DNA of 64,000 nt from Candidatus Fermentithermobacillus carboniphilus (GTDB lineage Bacteria > Bacillota > Sulfobacillia > Fermentithermobacillales > Fermentithermobacillaceae), in the NCBI GenBank assembly GCA_018208355.1, contig CP062796.1:621217-685216 (forward strand), written 5' to 3'. Below the pieces are notes generated by a model that did no database searches, was not told where the DNA came from, and saw only the letters and a list, made by a program, of their open reading frames with translations. Of this stretch, positions 46,058 to 56,496 are shown piece by piece. Position 1 is the stretch's first letter. The number at the start of each line of letters is the position of its first letter. The position numbers and the translations under genes are program-made.

Positions 46058-46291
46058 ATGCAAGCGCGTGTACGTAAGTGGGGAAACAGTCTGGGAATAC
46101 GTATTCCCAGGCTACTGGCTCAGAAAGCTGGTCTCACCGAAGGCGTAGAAGTTGACTTTCAAGTGCATGATAATGCAATCATCATTAGCCCCAAACGTTA
46201 TACTCTAGAATCGCTCTTGGCCCGGGTCACACCTGAAAACTTGCATGAAGAAGTAAATACTGGACAGCCGACGGGGCGTGAAGCATGGTAG
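46058..46291 (+). CDS. mazE: AbrB/MazE-family antitoxin
   Basis: MQARVRKWGNSLGIRIPRLLAQKAGLTEGVEVDFQVHDNAIIISP is a SpoVT/AbrB swapped-hairpin antitoxin. Confidence 0.7.
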   Translation: MQARVRKWGNSLGIRIPRLLAQKAGLTEGVEVDFQVHDNAIIISPKRYTLESLLARVTPENLHEEVNTGQPTGREAW

Positions 46292-46365
46292 ACGAAGTGA
46301 AAGATTATGTTCCTGACCGCGGCGATGTTGTATGGCTTCAGTTTGAGCCACAAGCCGGTACCTGA
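46285..46365 (+). pseudogene. mazF: Truncated MazF/PemK toxin remnant (26 codons)
   Basis: Its ATG overlaps the mazE stop (gcATGGTAG) and it encodes MVDEVKDYVPDRGDVVWLQFEPQAGT*. This matches the MazF N-terminus (YVPxRGDvVwvxFxPxxG) and then stops. Only ~110 nt remain before the next convergent gene. Confidence 0.5.
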
Positions 46366-46474
46366 GGTTATAATACCGCCGCTTCCACGGGCAGGGGAGA
46401 GATACCATGATATCGACCAGGGCAGTTGGAGGCGCTGACCGCCGCAAGGTCTGCCGCTGTGGGCGGATATTGGG

Positions 46475-47578
46475 TTAAGTAGGCAGGCCACCTGCGTCTC
46501 GTTCCTCACCGATGGGGGATTCCATCGAAAGGTCTTCCCACTTTCCGCACTTGGAGCCCCACCTCGCCACGGGTTCCCGGTCGATCAGTATCTCCTGGAC
46601 CTCGCATGAGTTGGCGCAGTCGTCGCAGACGAAGCCCCGCGTTCTCGCACTGAAGGTAGCGATCTTATTCACGCCCCGGAACGCGGTCTTGCCGCCAGTC
46701 TCCATGTACTTTTCCCTCGCCAAAAGAGCAGCACCCCACGCTCCCATTACCTTGAAGTGGGGCGGTACCGTGATCTCGACCCCGAGTTTTTTCTCAAGGG
46801 CCCTTAACATGCCGACGTTGGCGGCGACTCCTCCTTGGAATAGGACCCTTGGCCTTATAGGCTGCCCGCGGGCGACGTTTGTGACGTAATTTGTGGCAAG
46901 GGCCATACAAAGCCCCGCTATGAGGTCTTCCTTTCTGTAGCCCATCTGCTGCTTGTGTATGAGATCCGACTCTGCAAAGACACCGCAACGACCGGCGATC
47001 CTCGCAGGCGAGTCAGAGCGAAGAGCCCAATCGCCGAATTCCTCGATGGGGATACCGAGTCTGGACGCCTGGTGATCGAGGAAAGAACCTGTTCCGGCGG
47101 CGCAGACTGTGTTCATGTTGAACCCCACCGGGTACCCGTCTCTGAAGAAAATTATCTTTGAATCCTGCCCGCCTATATCTATGACGGTGCCCACGTCGGG
47201 GAAAAGAAAAGAAGCAGCCTTAGCATGACTGGAAATCTCGTTCTTTACCGTATCTGCCCCTATGAGAACCCTGGCCAGCTCCCGGCCTGACCCGGTGGCT
47301 CCAACCATCCGTATGGAGTCGACAAAGCCGCAAGACTGAAGGTGTCTGAAACCTTCCTGTAAAGCTCCTATCGGGCCGCCTTGGTTACGAATGTAATCCT
47401 CGAAGATGATGTCGCCATCTTCTCCTATGAGCACGATCTTGGTCGTAACGCTCCCCACGTCGATACCCAAGAACCTGTTCTCGAGCCGGGCCAAAGGCCT
47501 CTTGCTCCCGTAGAGCTCACGGTCCCCGCTATTATGGACCCGTTCTTTTGTCCCTTTAATAGCCGTATCCTCGTTCAT
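46475..47578 (-). CDS. BadF/BadG/BcrA/BcrD-type ATPase (CoA-substrate-specific enzyme activase, HgdC-like) with a Cys-rich C-terminal extension
   Basis: GIDVGSVTTKIVLI...GATGSGRE...VIDIGGQDSKII... actin-fold activase motifs. Confidence 0.65.
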   Translation of the reverse strand: MNEDTAIKGTKERVHNSGDRELYGSKRPLARLENRFLGIDVGSVTTKIVLIGEDGDIIFEDYIRNQGGPIGALQEGFRHLQSCGFVDSIRMVGATGSGRELARVLIGADTVKNEISSHAKAASFLFPDVGTVIDIGGQDSKIIFFRDGYPVGFNMNTVCAAGTGSFLDHQASRLGIPIEEFGDWALRSDSPARIAGRCGVFAESDLIHKQQMGYRKEDLIAGLCMALATNYVTNVARGQPIRPRVLFQGGVAANVGMLRALEKKLGVEITVPPHFKVMGAWGAALLAREKYMETGGKTAFRGVNKIATFSARTRGFVCDDCANSCEVQEILIDREPVARWGSKCGKWEDLSMESPIGEERDAGGLPT

Positions 47579-49835
47579 GCCGTTTCGCCTTTTCTTTTCT
47601 CCTTCCCGCCAGAAGATCGCAGAAAGCCTCCAGCCGCGTTGTCAACCCCGCCACGCCCGTCTGCTCGGAGATCATCAGTGAGAGGACCGGCAGCTGGAGG
47701 TCCCTCGAGACTTTCACCAGTATGTTCTGGGCGATTATCTCGGGCATGCAGGTGAACGGGAACAGATGGATCACTCCGTCCATCCCACGCCTCTTGGCCA
47801 TGACTGCCTCTCCGACTGTTTCCTGGCCGTGACCGCCCACCGATACGGGTATGTAGTGCTCGGCAGCTTTGGTGACTAACCGGTAGTCAAGGACTGCCAC
47901 GGGTGTTTTCAAAAGGTGATAGTTCACCCACCCTGTCACGTCCAGCCTCCTGTAGACCCTCACCCGCTGCTCAAAAGACCCCAGAATCTTTTCTACTTCC
48001 TTATTCACATAAGGTTCGTTTACGACGTATATTTCCCCGACTATGGACACCCGTAACGGCTCTCCCGGGACTCGCCTTATACCCCGCATATCCCCAACAA
48101 ATCTTCTAAAACACTCAACTGCAGATAAGACGCCGGATGCGTTCTCCATCTCCCGCAAGAACTCCTTATACCTCCTCTCTCCCAAGCCCCGCTCTTCCTC
48201 CCGGGCCCGTACCTCCCTGAGCAGATCCTGGGCCCGGTCGAGAAGGAACAATTTGGAAATGGCCAAAGTCGCGCCGCGGACAACGTCTCTAGGTCCGGGT
48301 GACCCAACGATTTCGCGGACAACCTGCAAAAAAAGCTGGCCCTTTTCCTTCCATGGAAAAGGAGAATCCACCGCCAGAATTCGAACCCGGTAGCCGGCAC
48401 GGGTCAACAATTCCTGCATTACCTGGGCATACCATCCCAGCCTGCAACGACCTTTACCCTGGATCATGATGATCCTGTCCACGCCCCGGTGTATGAGCTC
48501 GCGCATCTGTCCCAGGAGGGCGACCATGGGATAGCAGATGAACTCGGGCGCCAATTCCTTGCCGAGGGTGACCACAGTATCCGATAGAGGGCCCGGTAAC
48601 ACCACCTCAACCCCGCAAGCTCGAAGCAGTGACGCAACGGGAATGTTCAAGGTTCCCATGTTAACCGCACCGACGGGTCCGGCAGGTACAGGTCCCGGAA
48701 CCGGAGGACTGTTCCGATGGATCGTCGATTTTCGGGCAGGTTCCGGCCGGTAAACGCACAAACTCTTCCGCAAAAACGGCTTTCCGCAAGAATCCAGAAA
48801 GGCCTCGAGCCTCGTGACAAGACCCGCCTCGCCTGTGTGTTCGTCAACTGTAAGAGAAAGGAACGGGATCCCGTTATCTTCCGCCGCCCGGGACAGGTAG
48901 TTTTCTATAATCGACGCGGGGCCGCACGAGAAGGCAGAAACCATTATCATCCGGCTGACAAGCCGGTCCCTCGCAAGAAAAAGCCCGGAGCCCAGAATGT
49001 GCCCTTCTACAGCCCACATTTTCTCCCCCTCAAATATGGTTGCAAGGTGCTGCCGCGCATCTTCGGGCGAAACCATTTCGGGCAGGATTATGGGGCCAAA
49101 GGCCCTCGTCATCTCCAGAATCTTCCTCCCGAATAAGTCGTGGAGGACATAGGCGTGTCCTAGGATAGCAGTAGCTCCCGAGCCAACCACAGGTTCCTTC
49201 ACCCCGGCTGTCCCAAAAGCTTTAAAACCCGATAGGGCTTCTTTCCGCAATAGCACCTTAAGCACGCCCTCTCGCTTTTCCAATAAGTCCAGGACACTCA
49301 GCCGGCAGCGGCTCATGGCGCTCTCCGACTCTTTCCACGCCAAAAGTCCCCGTTCCAGGGCGCGCCGCACCAGCCCCCGGTCTTTAACGCCTAACTTCGA
49401 TGCAGCCTGTATCCACGTTTTCTGCCAGCACCCGGGGTTGTCTTTGAAGTCGATGACCGGACTTATCACCTTTTCGGGCTCAAGATCCAATCCGGCTCGC
49501 AACATGTACGGCAAGCCCATCATCTTCGGACAGCAGTAGTTCTTCTGGTCCAGGGAGACTACCGACGGAACGAAAAGGGCCTCCACCTTATCTTCGACGA
49601 GCAGCCTTTCCGCGTGGGAAAACGCGATTTTCACTGATACACAGGGCTCGTCGGTTGGACAGAGTTTCATTTGGTCCAGATCTTTCGGCGTCGAACAGGG
49701 CGTCTCGACGAAATCCACACCTATCACCCGCAGGAACTCCCTGTACAGCGGAAAGAGGTAATAAAAGCCGAGGATCCTGGGAACCCCTACACGCATAGAC
49801 GGTTTCCGACCACCTCTTGGCCGAAGATCTCGCAA
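47556..49835 (-). CDS. Large activase-associated protein (2-hydroxyacyl-CoA dehydratase-related / DUF2229-like), 759 aa
   Basis: Overlaps the start of the activase gene. Has two HgdA/B-like Rossmann-type halves. Family assignment is from memory. Confidence 0.45.
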   Translation of the reverse strand: MRDLRPRGGRKPSMRVGVPRILGFYYLFPLYREFLRVIGVDFVETPCSTPKDLDQMKLCPTDEPCVSVKIAFSHAERLLVEDKVEALFVPSVVSLDQKNYCCPKMMGLPYMLRAGLDLEPEKVISPVIDFKDNPGCWQKTWIQAASKLGVKDRGLVRRALERGLLAWKESESAMSRCRLSVLDLLEKREGVLKVLLRKEALSGFKAFGTAGVKEPVVGSGATAILGHAYVLHDLFGRKILEMTRAFGPIILPEMVSPEDARQHLATIFEGEKMWAVEGHILGSGLFLARDRLVSRMIMVSAFSCGPASIIENYLSRAAEDNGIPFLSLTVDEHTGEAGLVTRLEAFLDSCGKPFLRKSLCVYRPEPARKSTIHRNSPPVPGPVPAGPVGAVNMGTLNIPVASLLRACGVEVVLPGPLSDTVVTLGKELAPEFICYPMVALLGQMRELIHRGVDRIIMIQGKGRCRLGWYAQVMQELLTRAGYRVRILAVDSPFPWKEKGQLFLQVVREIVGSPGPRDVVRGATLAISKLFLLDRAQDLLREVRAREEERGLGERRYKEFLREMENASGVLSAVECFRRFVGDMRGIRRVPGEPLRVSIVGEIYVVNEPYVNKEVEKILGSFEQRVRVYRRLDVTGWVNYHLLKTPVAVLDYRLVTKAAEHYIPVSVGGHGQETVGEAVMAKRRGMDGVIHLFPFTCMPEIIAQNILVKVSRDLQLPVLSLMISEQTGVAGLTTRLEAFCDLLAGRRKEKAKRHERGYGY

Positions 49836-50060
49836 AGAGATCCTTCTTTTTCCGCAAACGACGTCTTTACGTAATATATCCAGGAAGGCACTAAGCTACT
49901 CAGAAGATCATGAGAAACGCGGTAAACTAGCGGTAACTATAAGAAGGACACCGTTCCCGGTGGAAAATGCCACTCATGGCTGGGGTGAAACCCTAAACCA
50001 AGAGGGTTATCGTGCGGACCGGCTGTGGTCCTTCTGTCTACTAAGAGGACCGTGGCGGGG

Positions 50061-51020
50061 CTATCTGCCTGTCCTATCAAGACTGATTTTCCCGGCACCG
50101 CAAGAAACCCGGATGTCGAATCTGGTCGAAGCATTTGAGTAGTCTCTGGTAACCCAAGCTCCGCCTTCTTTGACAAGGCCGTTCTTAGAGAAGTCCAGCC
50201 TGGTGACCAACGGTGGGCCGGATACGCTGAGGCGAACACCGGCGGTCTCGGGTACCTTGACGCTGACGTTGGCCACGCCGCTCGAGAGCACCACTTTGGT
50301 CTCTCTTCCGGTGAGACCGAGACTGATGTCAAGTTTGGCCACACCGGTGGACACGGTGAGGTTCTCCAGGAATACGGAAGAACAGTCCATCGTCAGGTCG
50401 GCGACCCCACCCGCCACATTCACGGCGGTAATCAAGGAAGGATTCAGAGACACGTTCCAGACCTGCTTTCCGGCGTCGTCACTCCACACAGGGGACGTCA
50501 ATGCAACTTTCAACTCATCCGCACTCTCGTTTTGGGAAAACTCGCATTGAGGCTCAGTCCTATCCCAGGAAAGGTTGGCCACAAGAGCTTCAGGTTCGCT
50601 TTTCTCGTTCAGCTCGGGAGCCCCCTTGATCTCTATCTCCACGGAAGGGGCTCTCATATCCAGCTTCAGCCTTGATACCCGCGGAGAGAGCGGCGCTTTG
50701 AACTCCTTGTTGCCTTCCAGCGGTCTCAACACGGAGGTTTTGGGGAACATCCGGAAACGCCACGGCCTATCGTACGGACGGCTGCCCGACCTAGAAGGAT
50801 TCATTGCGGCCAAAACCAGTATGACGAGGACCGCCAGAGCAAGCCCTGGCACCTTCCACCTGGAAAATGCCACTTGAATTCCCAACCCTATAAGTAGGAT
50901 AGGCCAGTAGCTGATAGCCGAATCCCAGACCGACCACGGGAGGTAACCGGTCGTGTTCATGAGCAATATTGCGCCCAGGAATACCAGTACCAAGCCATTC
51001 ATGAGCCTCTTAGTCATCAT
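50061..51020 (-). CDS. LiaF-like / DUF2154-type membrane protein (cell-envelope stress module)
   Basis: N-terminal TMs followed by a repetitive beta-rich C-terminal domain. Its start overlaps the PspC-domain gene. Confidence 0.5.
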   Translation of the reverse strand: MMTKRLMNGLVLVFLGAILLMNTTGYLPWSVWDSAISYWPILLIGLGIQVAFSRWKVPGLALAVLVILVLAAMNPSRSGSRPYDRPWRFRMFPKTSVLRPLEGNKEFKAPLSPRVSRLKLDMRAPSVEIEIKGAPELNEKSEPEALVANLSWDRTEPQCEFSQNESADELKVALTSPVWSDDAGKQVWNVSLNPSLITAVNVAGGVADLTMDCSSVFLENLTVSTGVAKLDISLGLTGRETKVVLSSGVANVSVKVPETAGVRLSVSGPPLVTRLDFSKNGLVKEGGAWVTRDYSNASTRFDIRVSCGAGKISLDRTGR

Positions 51021-51658
51021 TCACGGCCTCCCCTGACGGCTGTGAAGATGAGCGCAAGACCCAGGACTATGATGGCCGCGGGCCACCAGGTCCGCAGCAG
51101 TCTCAAAGGAACGCTCCACCAGAACGGGGATATATATTTCCTTATCATGACGATGACCCCGACGGCTATCAAGATATAACCTAGAAACTGCCTGCTCCTG
51201 TCTTTATCATGTTCCCTCTCTGCTTCACTTGAGCGGCTTGGCTGGACCTGGGCTTTAGGAACATTGACCTCACCGGGGTTCTCCGGCCCCTCACGCTGCT
51301 CACTGATACCGAGTATCTCGTTGGCTGTGGGCGGGACCTTTCGCTCGGTTTCCTCAGGTTCGTTGCCGGTTAGTCCGACGTGGTATTCCGGACCGTTCCT
51401 GACCGGTACATTACCGGGCGAAGCCGTCTTCCCAGCGTCGCTGCCCGCCTCTCCTCCTATCACATCACTGTACCCCGAAGGAGCTTCGGGTATGATGATC
51501 CATGCGATAATGTAAGCCAATATCATGCTGGGAAAAATTACAGCCAGAAGAGCGAAAGCCAGCCGCATCACCGTGACATCCACGTCAAAGTATTCTGCCA
51601 GCCCCGCGGCGACTCCGCCTATAACCCTGCTGGTCCTGGACCTGTACAGTTTCTTCAT
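51017..51658 (-). CDS. PspC-domain membrane protein
   Basis: [41 protein letters not shown] is the canonical PspC domain. Confidence 0.65.
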   Translation of the reverse strand: MKKLYRSRTSRVIGGVAAGLAEYFDVDVTVMRLAFALLAVIFPSMILAYIIAWIIIPEAPSGYSDVIGGEAGSDAGKTASPGNVPVRNGPEYHVGLTGNEPEETERKVPPTANEILGISEQREGPENPGEVNVPKAQVQPSRSSEAEREHDKDRSRQFLGYILIAVGVIVMIRKYISPFWWSVPLRLLRTWWPAAIIVLGLALIFTAVRGGRE

Positions 51659-52281
51659 CGTTTATATCCCCCGCTTCGTGACAACCCGATCTGCATCACA
51701 AATACGACCGTAACGATTCCACCAAATACAATTACGCTCAGGAGTTGCGCAGGTAATGTGCTCCCAAGGATTTCGAGAGACGTAAACCCGTCGATCCTCA
51801 AAGCCATATAAAACAAGCGAAGACTTTCGGAAAGTGCTCCCGAAGAGACGAGATCCCACATGACTTTAAGGTCTCTCCACCCCAGGAGGTGGTATTGCTG
51901 ACTTACAACCGGTAGGTAGTCAGCGAACTGCCATTGAAATACGGCGCCGAGAGCTATCATGACCGCGCTAAACGCCCACTTCACCTTGAACGAAAACCCC
52001 GAAAGCTTCCGGGCAGAAACCTTCCGGTCACCCTCCAGGCGAGGGTTCAATGGTTCCCACGACTCGACCAATTGAACGAGACGGCGAGAAAACTCCTCCG
52101 GAGGTTCTTCAGGAACGATGCTGGAAAGCGCACGGTCAAAAGCCTGGAAACGAAAAAGGCGCTCTCTGCAGCCCGGGCATTTATTCACGTGAATCTTTAT
52201 GCGCCAGGACTCCCACAAGGGCAAATCGTTATAATGGTATCTCTCAAGATCGAGCTCCGGCGGGCACTTTGTGAGCCTCAT
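51655..52281 (-). CDS. Membrane anti-sigma factor with an N-terminal zf-HC2 zinc finger
   Basis: [38 protein letters not shown] (H-x3-C-x2-C) plus a TM segment. Immediately downstream of the ECF sigma gene. Confidence 0.55.
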   Translation of the reverse strand: MRLTKCPPELDLERYHYNDLPLWESWRIKIHVNKCPGCRERLFRFQAFDRALSSIVPEEPPEEFSRRLVQLVESWEPLNPRLEGDRKVSARKLSGFSFKVKWAFSAVMIALGAVFQWQFADYLPVVSQQYHLLGWRDLKVMWDLVSSGALSESLRLFYMALRIDGFTSLEILGSTLPAQLLSVIVFGGIVTVVFVMQIGLSRSGGYKR

Positions 52282-52363
52282 GAAAACACACCTCCGTCCA
52301 GTGCCCCGGTCACAACGCTTGCGGAAGGCGTATTAACCCGGTGCGGTCTCCGGTCAACCACCC

Positions 52364-52927
52364 CTACCACGTGTACCCACCGTCCTCCAGTATTTTTCTG
52401 AGAACTTGCCTTCCGCGATATAGCCTGTTCTTGATGACGGTCTCTTTCATGCCGGTTATTTCCGATATTTCCCGGATCGACAAGCCTTCTATGTGGAAAA
52501 GTATCACCAGTTCCCGGTACCCGTCCTTCAGCTTGCCGATAGCGTCTTTCAGGATTTCTCCAAGTTCCTTGTTCTCATAGCTTTTCTCAGGCGACGGTCC
52601 CGGACTCGAGAGCCTTGCTTGTTCAACCTCGTTGTCGTCCAGTGACTCCTCCGAAGGACTCCGCCCTATCTTCCGGCCCCTATCCGCACACAGGTTCCAT
52701 GTAATCCGGTACACCCAGGGTAGAAAAGGCTTCCCGAGTTCAAAAGAAGGAAGGCCCCGGTAGACGCGGAAAAGAGCCTCCTGAGTGACGTCCATGGCGT
52801 CCTCGCGGTTTCCCGTGAGCCGGTATGCCAGGTTGTATATGCTCCGGTGATACTTTTGCACCAAAGCCGCAAAAGCATCCTTGTCCCCGTTCTGGGCTTT
52901 TTCAATAAGTTCTCTATCCTCTTGCAG
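52364..52927 (-). CDS. ECF-type RNA polymerase sigma factor; the conserved N-terminus lacks a canonical start codon (CTG at 52927 proposed)
   Basis: Regions 2 and 4 are present (...DVTQEALFRVYRGLPSF...; ...LSIREISEITGMKETVIKNRLYRGR). The frame upstream of the track's GTG start encodes (L)QEDRELIEKAQNGDKDAFAALVQKYH, a typical ECF N-terminus. There is no ATG/GTG/TTG between the upstream TAA and this segment. A G-rich stretch lies 8 nt before the CTG. Confidence 0.65.
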   Translation of the reverse strand: MQEDRELIEKAQNGDKDAFAALVQKYHRSIYNLAYRLTGNREDAMDVTQEALFRVYRGLPSFELGKPFLPWVYRITWNLCADRGRKIGRSPSEESLDDNEVEQARLSSPGPSPEKSYENKELGEILKDAIGKLKDGYRELVILFHIEGLSIREISEITGMKETVIKNRLYRGRQVLRKILEDGGYTW

Positions 52928-52982
52928 GAAGGAAGCCCCCCAGGCTAAAGCCCGGCCTCTATAGGTATACGCCGGGCAGATG

Positions 52983-53009
52983 TACGTGGTCTGATCTTAT
53001 CCTGTTACA
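52983..53009 (-). promoter_or_regulatory. Putative autoregulated ECF promoter TGTAAC-N17-CGTA
   Basis: Minus-strand motif resembling the SigW/SigE-type 'AAC ... CGTA' promoters, ~50 nt upstream of the proposed start. Confidence 0.3.
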
Positions 53010-53136
53010 CGGACAATAGAATACTACCAGAGATCCTTGGTCTCCTTCCATTGATTCTTGATCCAGATTTCCGACGGCTTTATGGGGGCTCAAAAGTCAG
53101 ATATATTGAGCGTAAAGGGCCAGAGGAGGGAATCTC

Positions 53137-53439
53137 ATGGACGGGAGGTTTATCGGAAAGGTCGTTCCGGTTGAGGTTTCCCAGGAAATTGGTTTCAAGA
53201 GACCCGTGTCTTTCACCTGGGATTCCCAAGTATACAGGGTAACAGAAATCCTCTTAAAATGGGAAGATTACGGGTTCGGCCAGTCTCCTCCAAAGAACCG
53301 GCACTGGTGGCTGCGACGCCACCGCACTTACTACCACGTCCTCACCGATTCCGGGAGGATCTTTGAGTTATATTATGACAGGGCGTCGAAAAAGCCCTCC
53401 TGGGTTCTGGTCAAGGAGATCGCTTCCCGGGAGATGTAG
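53137..53439 (+). CDS. Conserved hypothetical protein (100 aa)
   Basis: GGAGGGAatctcATG RBS and a balanced composition. No family recognised. Confidence 0.4.
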   Translation: MDGRFIGKVVPVEVSQEIGFKRPVSFTWDSQVYRVTEILLKWEDYGFGQSPPKNRHWWLRRHRTYYHVLTDSGRIFELYYDRASKKPSWVLVKEIASREM

Positions 53440-53504
53440 CATGACGGAAGCCCAAACCGCTCTCTGGCCCCAATACAGGCATGGCCTACTCGAGAAGGTG
53501 CAGC

Positions 53505-54545
53505 CTACCCGACACCCTTCTCGATTGCCTCCCGGACTATCCGGTCTACCCGTAAGGCCCTCTCATGCCAGGAGTTTTTCCTGGCCCAGTCCTCACGCTT
53601 TTTTGCCCACCCCGGCTTTTCGGCGCTTTCACGCAGGACATCCTCCAGCGCGAAGCTGAACTCCTGGTAATTACGGGCCACACGGGCGAAAGGACAAATC
53701 GCCACTTCGTGGATATCGGTTGATACGACCGGCTTGCCGCACGCCAGATACTCGTACATCTTTATGGGGTTCGAGTAACGTGTCATCGCACTAACCTTAA
53801 AAGGGATTATCCCCACGTCGAAACGTCTGACGTACCCGGGAAGGTCATCGTAGTTCTTCTCACCCAGATAGAATATATTAGGACTGTAAGGGAGGTCTTG
53901 TTTCGACAGGCCCAGGACAGGACCTACAAAGACGAAGTTCCAATGAGGAAGCTTCCTCGATACACGGTAGACGAGGTTCCAGTCTATCCACGTAGCCAGC
54001 ACACCGTGATATCCTGCGACCGGCCCCGACCTTTTCGGGAAGTCGTCAGGAATTGGGCCGGCTGTTTTGAATGTCTCGCAGTCGGCGGCGTTGGGAAGGT
54101 AGTACACCCTCGGGTGGCGTTCGCGGTACTTTTCGTAAAGTAGATAACTTGCGCAGAACACCATCGATGCTACGGAGAAAGCCTCTTCGAGCCCCTTCTT
54201 CCACGAGGCAAATTCTTCCTCAGGTTCGTCGCATAGGTCAAATACTACAAAGTCTTCCGCGTAAACACCTCCCGCAAACACGTGGTGATCGGGCAGAGTG
54301 AACCACAGGATGACCGGAACGTCGCGAGGCACCGCAAGAGGTGAGGCATCGCGGCTCAAGACAAAAAGACCGGATTCCACCTCTTTTTTGGGCGTCCTCC
54401 TGCCTACGGTAGCCGGGTCGTGGTAGACGCATGTATACCCAATCTTCGCGAGGTGACGGAGGATTTGGTGTGGCCTCTGGCGTAAGCGGTCCCAGGGAAT
54501 GGTCGGTGGGTAAAAGACGGTAGGCAAGTTCCTCACCTCATGCAT
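53505..54545 (-). CDS. Glycosyltransferase (GT-B fold, GT4-like)
   Basis: C-terminal NPIKMYEYLACGKPVVSTD (E-x7-E motif). Start uncertain (ATG at 54545, or TTG at 54581). Confidence 0.55.
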   Translation of the reverse strand: MHEVRNLPTVFYPPTIPWDRLRQRPHQILRHLAKIGYTCVYHDPATVGRRTPKKEVESGLFVLSRDASPLAVPRDVPVILWFTLPDHHVFAGGVYAEDFVVFDLCDEPEEEFASWKKGLEEAFSVASMVFCASYLLYEKYRERHPRVYYLPNAADCETFKTAGPIPDDFPKRSGPVAGYHGVLATWIDWNLVYRVSRKLPHWNFVFVGPVLGLSKQDLPYSPNIFYLGEKNYDDLPGYVRRFDVGIIPFKVSAMTRYSNPIKMYEYLACGKPVVSTDIHEVAICPFARVARNYQEFSFALEDVLRESAEKPGWAKKREDWARKNSWHERALRVDRIVREAIEKGVG

Positions 54546-54747
54546 TTCTTTTCCCACAGGAGGTTGCTTGCCGCGACGCAAAGCAACTCGAGCAGGTCCT
54601 GTATATGCTTATGCCGCAGGAACCTTGTACGTTCAGGACGACCCCAAAGAAGAGGTATCCTGCGAGGCCTCGACGAAGTACTATTCATCCGGATCCTTCG
54701 AGTATCGGATTTTTATAGAGTCGAGTTTCGGCAAAAGGAGGTTATCT

Positions 54748-56385
54748 ATGTTCGATCTCATCCTTCGCAACGGAACAGTGATCGATGGAACCGGGCGACC
54801 GGGCTACAAGAGTGACGTCGGTATCCTCGGCGGGCGTATTGCCGCCCTGGGAGACCTCAGTGGCGCTGAGTCCCGAGAAACAATCGACGTTTCCTCGATG
54901 GCCGTGTGCCCGGGATTCATCGATATGCATTCCCACTCAGACCTGTCTATCCTGGCCCACAGGAAAGCAGAAAGTTCCATCTCTCAGGGAATCACTACCG
55001 AAGTGGTGGGAAACTGCGGCTGGTCGATGGCCCCGGTGAAGGCAGAGACAAGAGAATCCGTACTCAAGCGGCTCCTCGGTAGCCTCGTGAACAGAGAAGC
55101 GTTTTCCAGCCTCGAATGGAACTGGCACTCTTTCGGCGAATTTCTGGACACCCTGGAGAAAGCGGGCACGGGCGTAAACATCGTGCCGCAAGTCGGTCAA
55201 AGCCTAATACGGGCTCACGTCGTCGGCACCGAAAAGAGGAATGCAACGCGCGGCGAAATAGAGGCCATGAAGGATCTCGTCCGGGAATCGCTGGAAGAGG
55301 GAGCCTGGGGGATGTCGACTGGTCGTAGCTACAGACCCGGGGGATTTGCCCCAACCGAGGAGATAATTGCCCTTGCCAAGGTCGTGGCAAAGTACGGCGG
55401 AATCTACGCGACCCACATGAAAAGCGAGGGAGATGACCTTTTTTCGGCAGTCGAAGAAGCCTGTGAAATCGCGGAAAAGTCAGGGGTAAAGGTCGAGATC
55501 TCTCACCATAAAGCTGTCGGCAAAAAGAATTTCGGTAAAGTCCACAAGAGTCTCGAAATGATAGCTTCCGCTAGGCAGAGGGGACTCGCGATTTCCGTCG
55601 ACGTCTATCCATACGAGTTTGCCCAAATCAGCTCTTTGATCAGACTGTTTCCAGAGGAGGTCTGGGACCATATCCAAAAAGCCTCAGGATCCGGTCTAAA
55701 ATCATCCGGGGACTTTCCCACTCAGGAGGAAATCCGAGAGGCTCTGAAAGACCCTGCCGTAATACGCGCGATTAAGTCCATGCCGGGGCTGGGTCCCGTC
55801 CTCGAGAGGGTCAAGAATTACCTCATCACGAACGCGCCCTCTGCTCCCGACCTGGAAGGCCGGGTCCTAGGCGAGTATGCCGAAGAGAAGGGGCTGGACC
55901 TTGCAGATTTCCTAGTCGATCTCTTAGGAAAGGATGGTCTCGGCGTTCACGCCGCCTGGCCCATCAGCTCGGATGATGTCTACACCGTTGTCTCGGCTGA
56001 CTTCGCCATGGTCGGGACCGACGCTTTCACCCTGGACCGTCCCATCTACCCCACTCCGATTCACCCCAGGCACTACGGGACTTTCCCGCGGGTCATAGGC
56101 AGGTTCGTGCGGGACAAAAAACTCTTCTCCCTCGAAGACGCGGTGAAAAAGTGCACATATATGCCAGCCCGCACTCTGGGCATTCCCTACCGAGGCTGTG
56201 TGGAAGTGGGATTCTGGGCAGACCTGGTCGTCTTTGACCCGACAAAACTCGAAGACACCGCAACGGCGAAAAAACCTTACGACAGATCTCTGGGCATTGA
56301 GTACGTTCTGGTCAACGGCAAGATCGCCCTGGAGAAGGGAGAAGTCAGGCCCGTCTTTGCCGGCAAAGTCCTGAGACGGCAGTAG
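54748..56385 (+). CDS. N-acyl-D-amino-acid deacylase (D-aminoacylase, amidohydrolase superfamily)
   Basis: MFDLILRNGTVIDGTG...PGFIDMHSHSDL... AAAGGAGG RBS before the ATG at 54748. Confidence 0.75.
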   Translation: MFDLILRNGTVIDGTGRPGYKSDVGILGGRIAALGDLSGAESRETIDVSSMAVCPGFIDMHSHSDLSILAHRKAESSISQGITTEVVGNCGWSMAPVKAETRESVLKRLLGSLVNREAFSSLEWNWHSFGEFLDTLEKAGTGVNIVPQVGQSLIRAHVVGTEKRNATRGEIEAMKDLVRESLEEGAWGMSTGRSYRPGGFAPTEEIIALAKVVAKYGGIYATHMKSEGDDLFSAVEEACEIAEKSGVKVEISHHKAVGKKNFGKVHKSLEMIASARQRGLAISVDVYPYEFAQISSLIRLFPEEVWDHIQKASGSGLKSSGDFPTQEEIREALKDPAVIRAIKSMPGLGPVLERVKNYLITNAPSAPDLEGRVLGEYAEEKGLDLADFLVDLLGKDGLGVHAAWPISSDDVYTVVSADFAMVGTDAFTLDRPIYPTPIHPRHYGTFPRVIGRFVRDKKLFSLEDAVKKCTYMPARTLGIPYRGCVEVGFWADLVVFDPTKLEDTATAKKPYDRSLGIEYVLVNGKIALEKGEVRPVFAGKVLRRQ

Positions 56386-56496
56386 ACGCCCTCCGAATAT
56401 TTAGCCTCGCACAGCAATAGGTAGCACCAAGAATAACTGCGACATGACGGGGACAATCCCGAGCCGTACAAATCCTGAGCAGTACAAAAAAATGAG

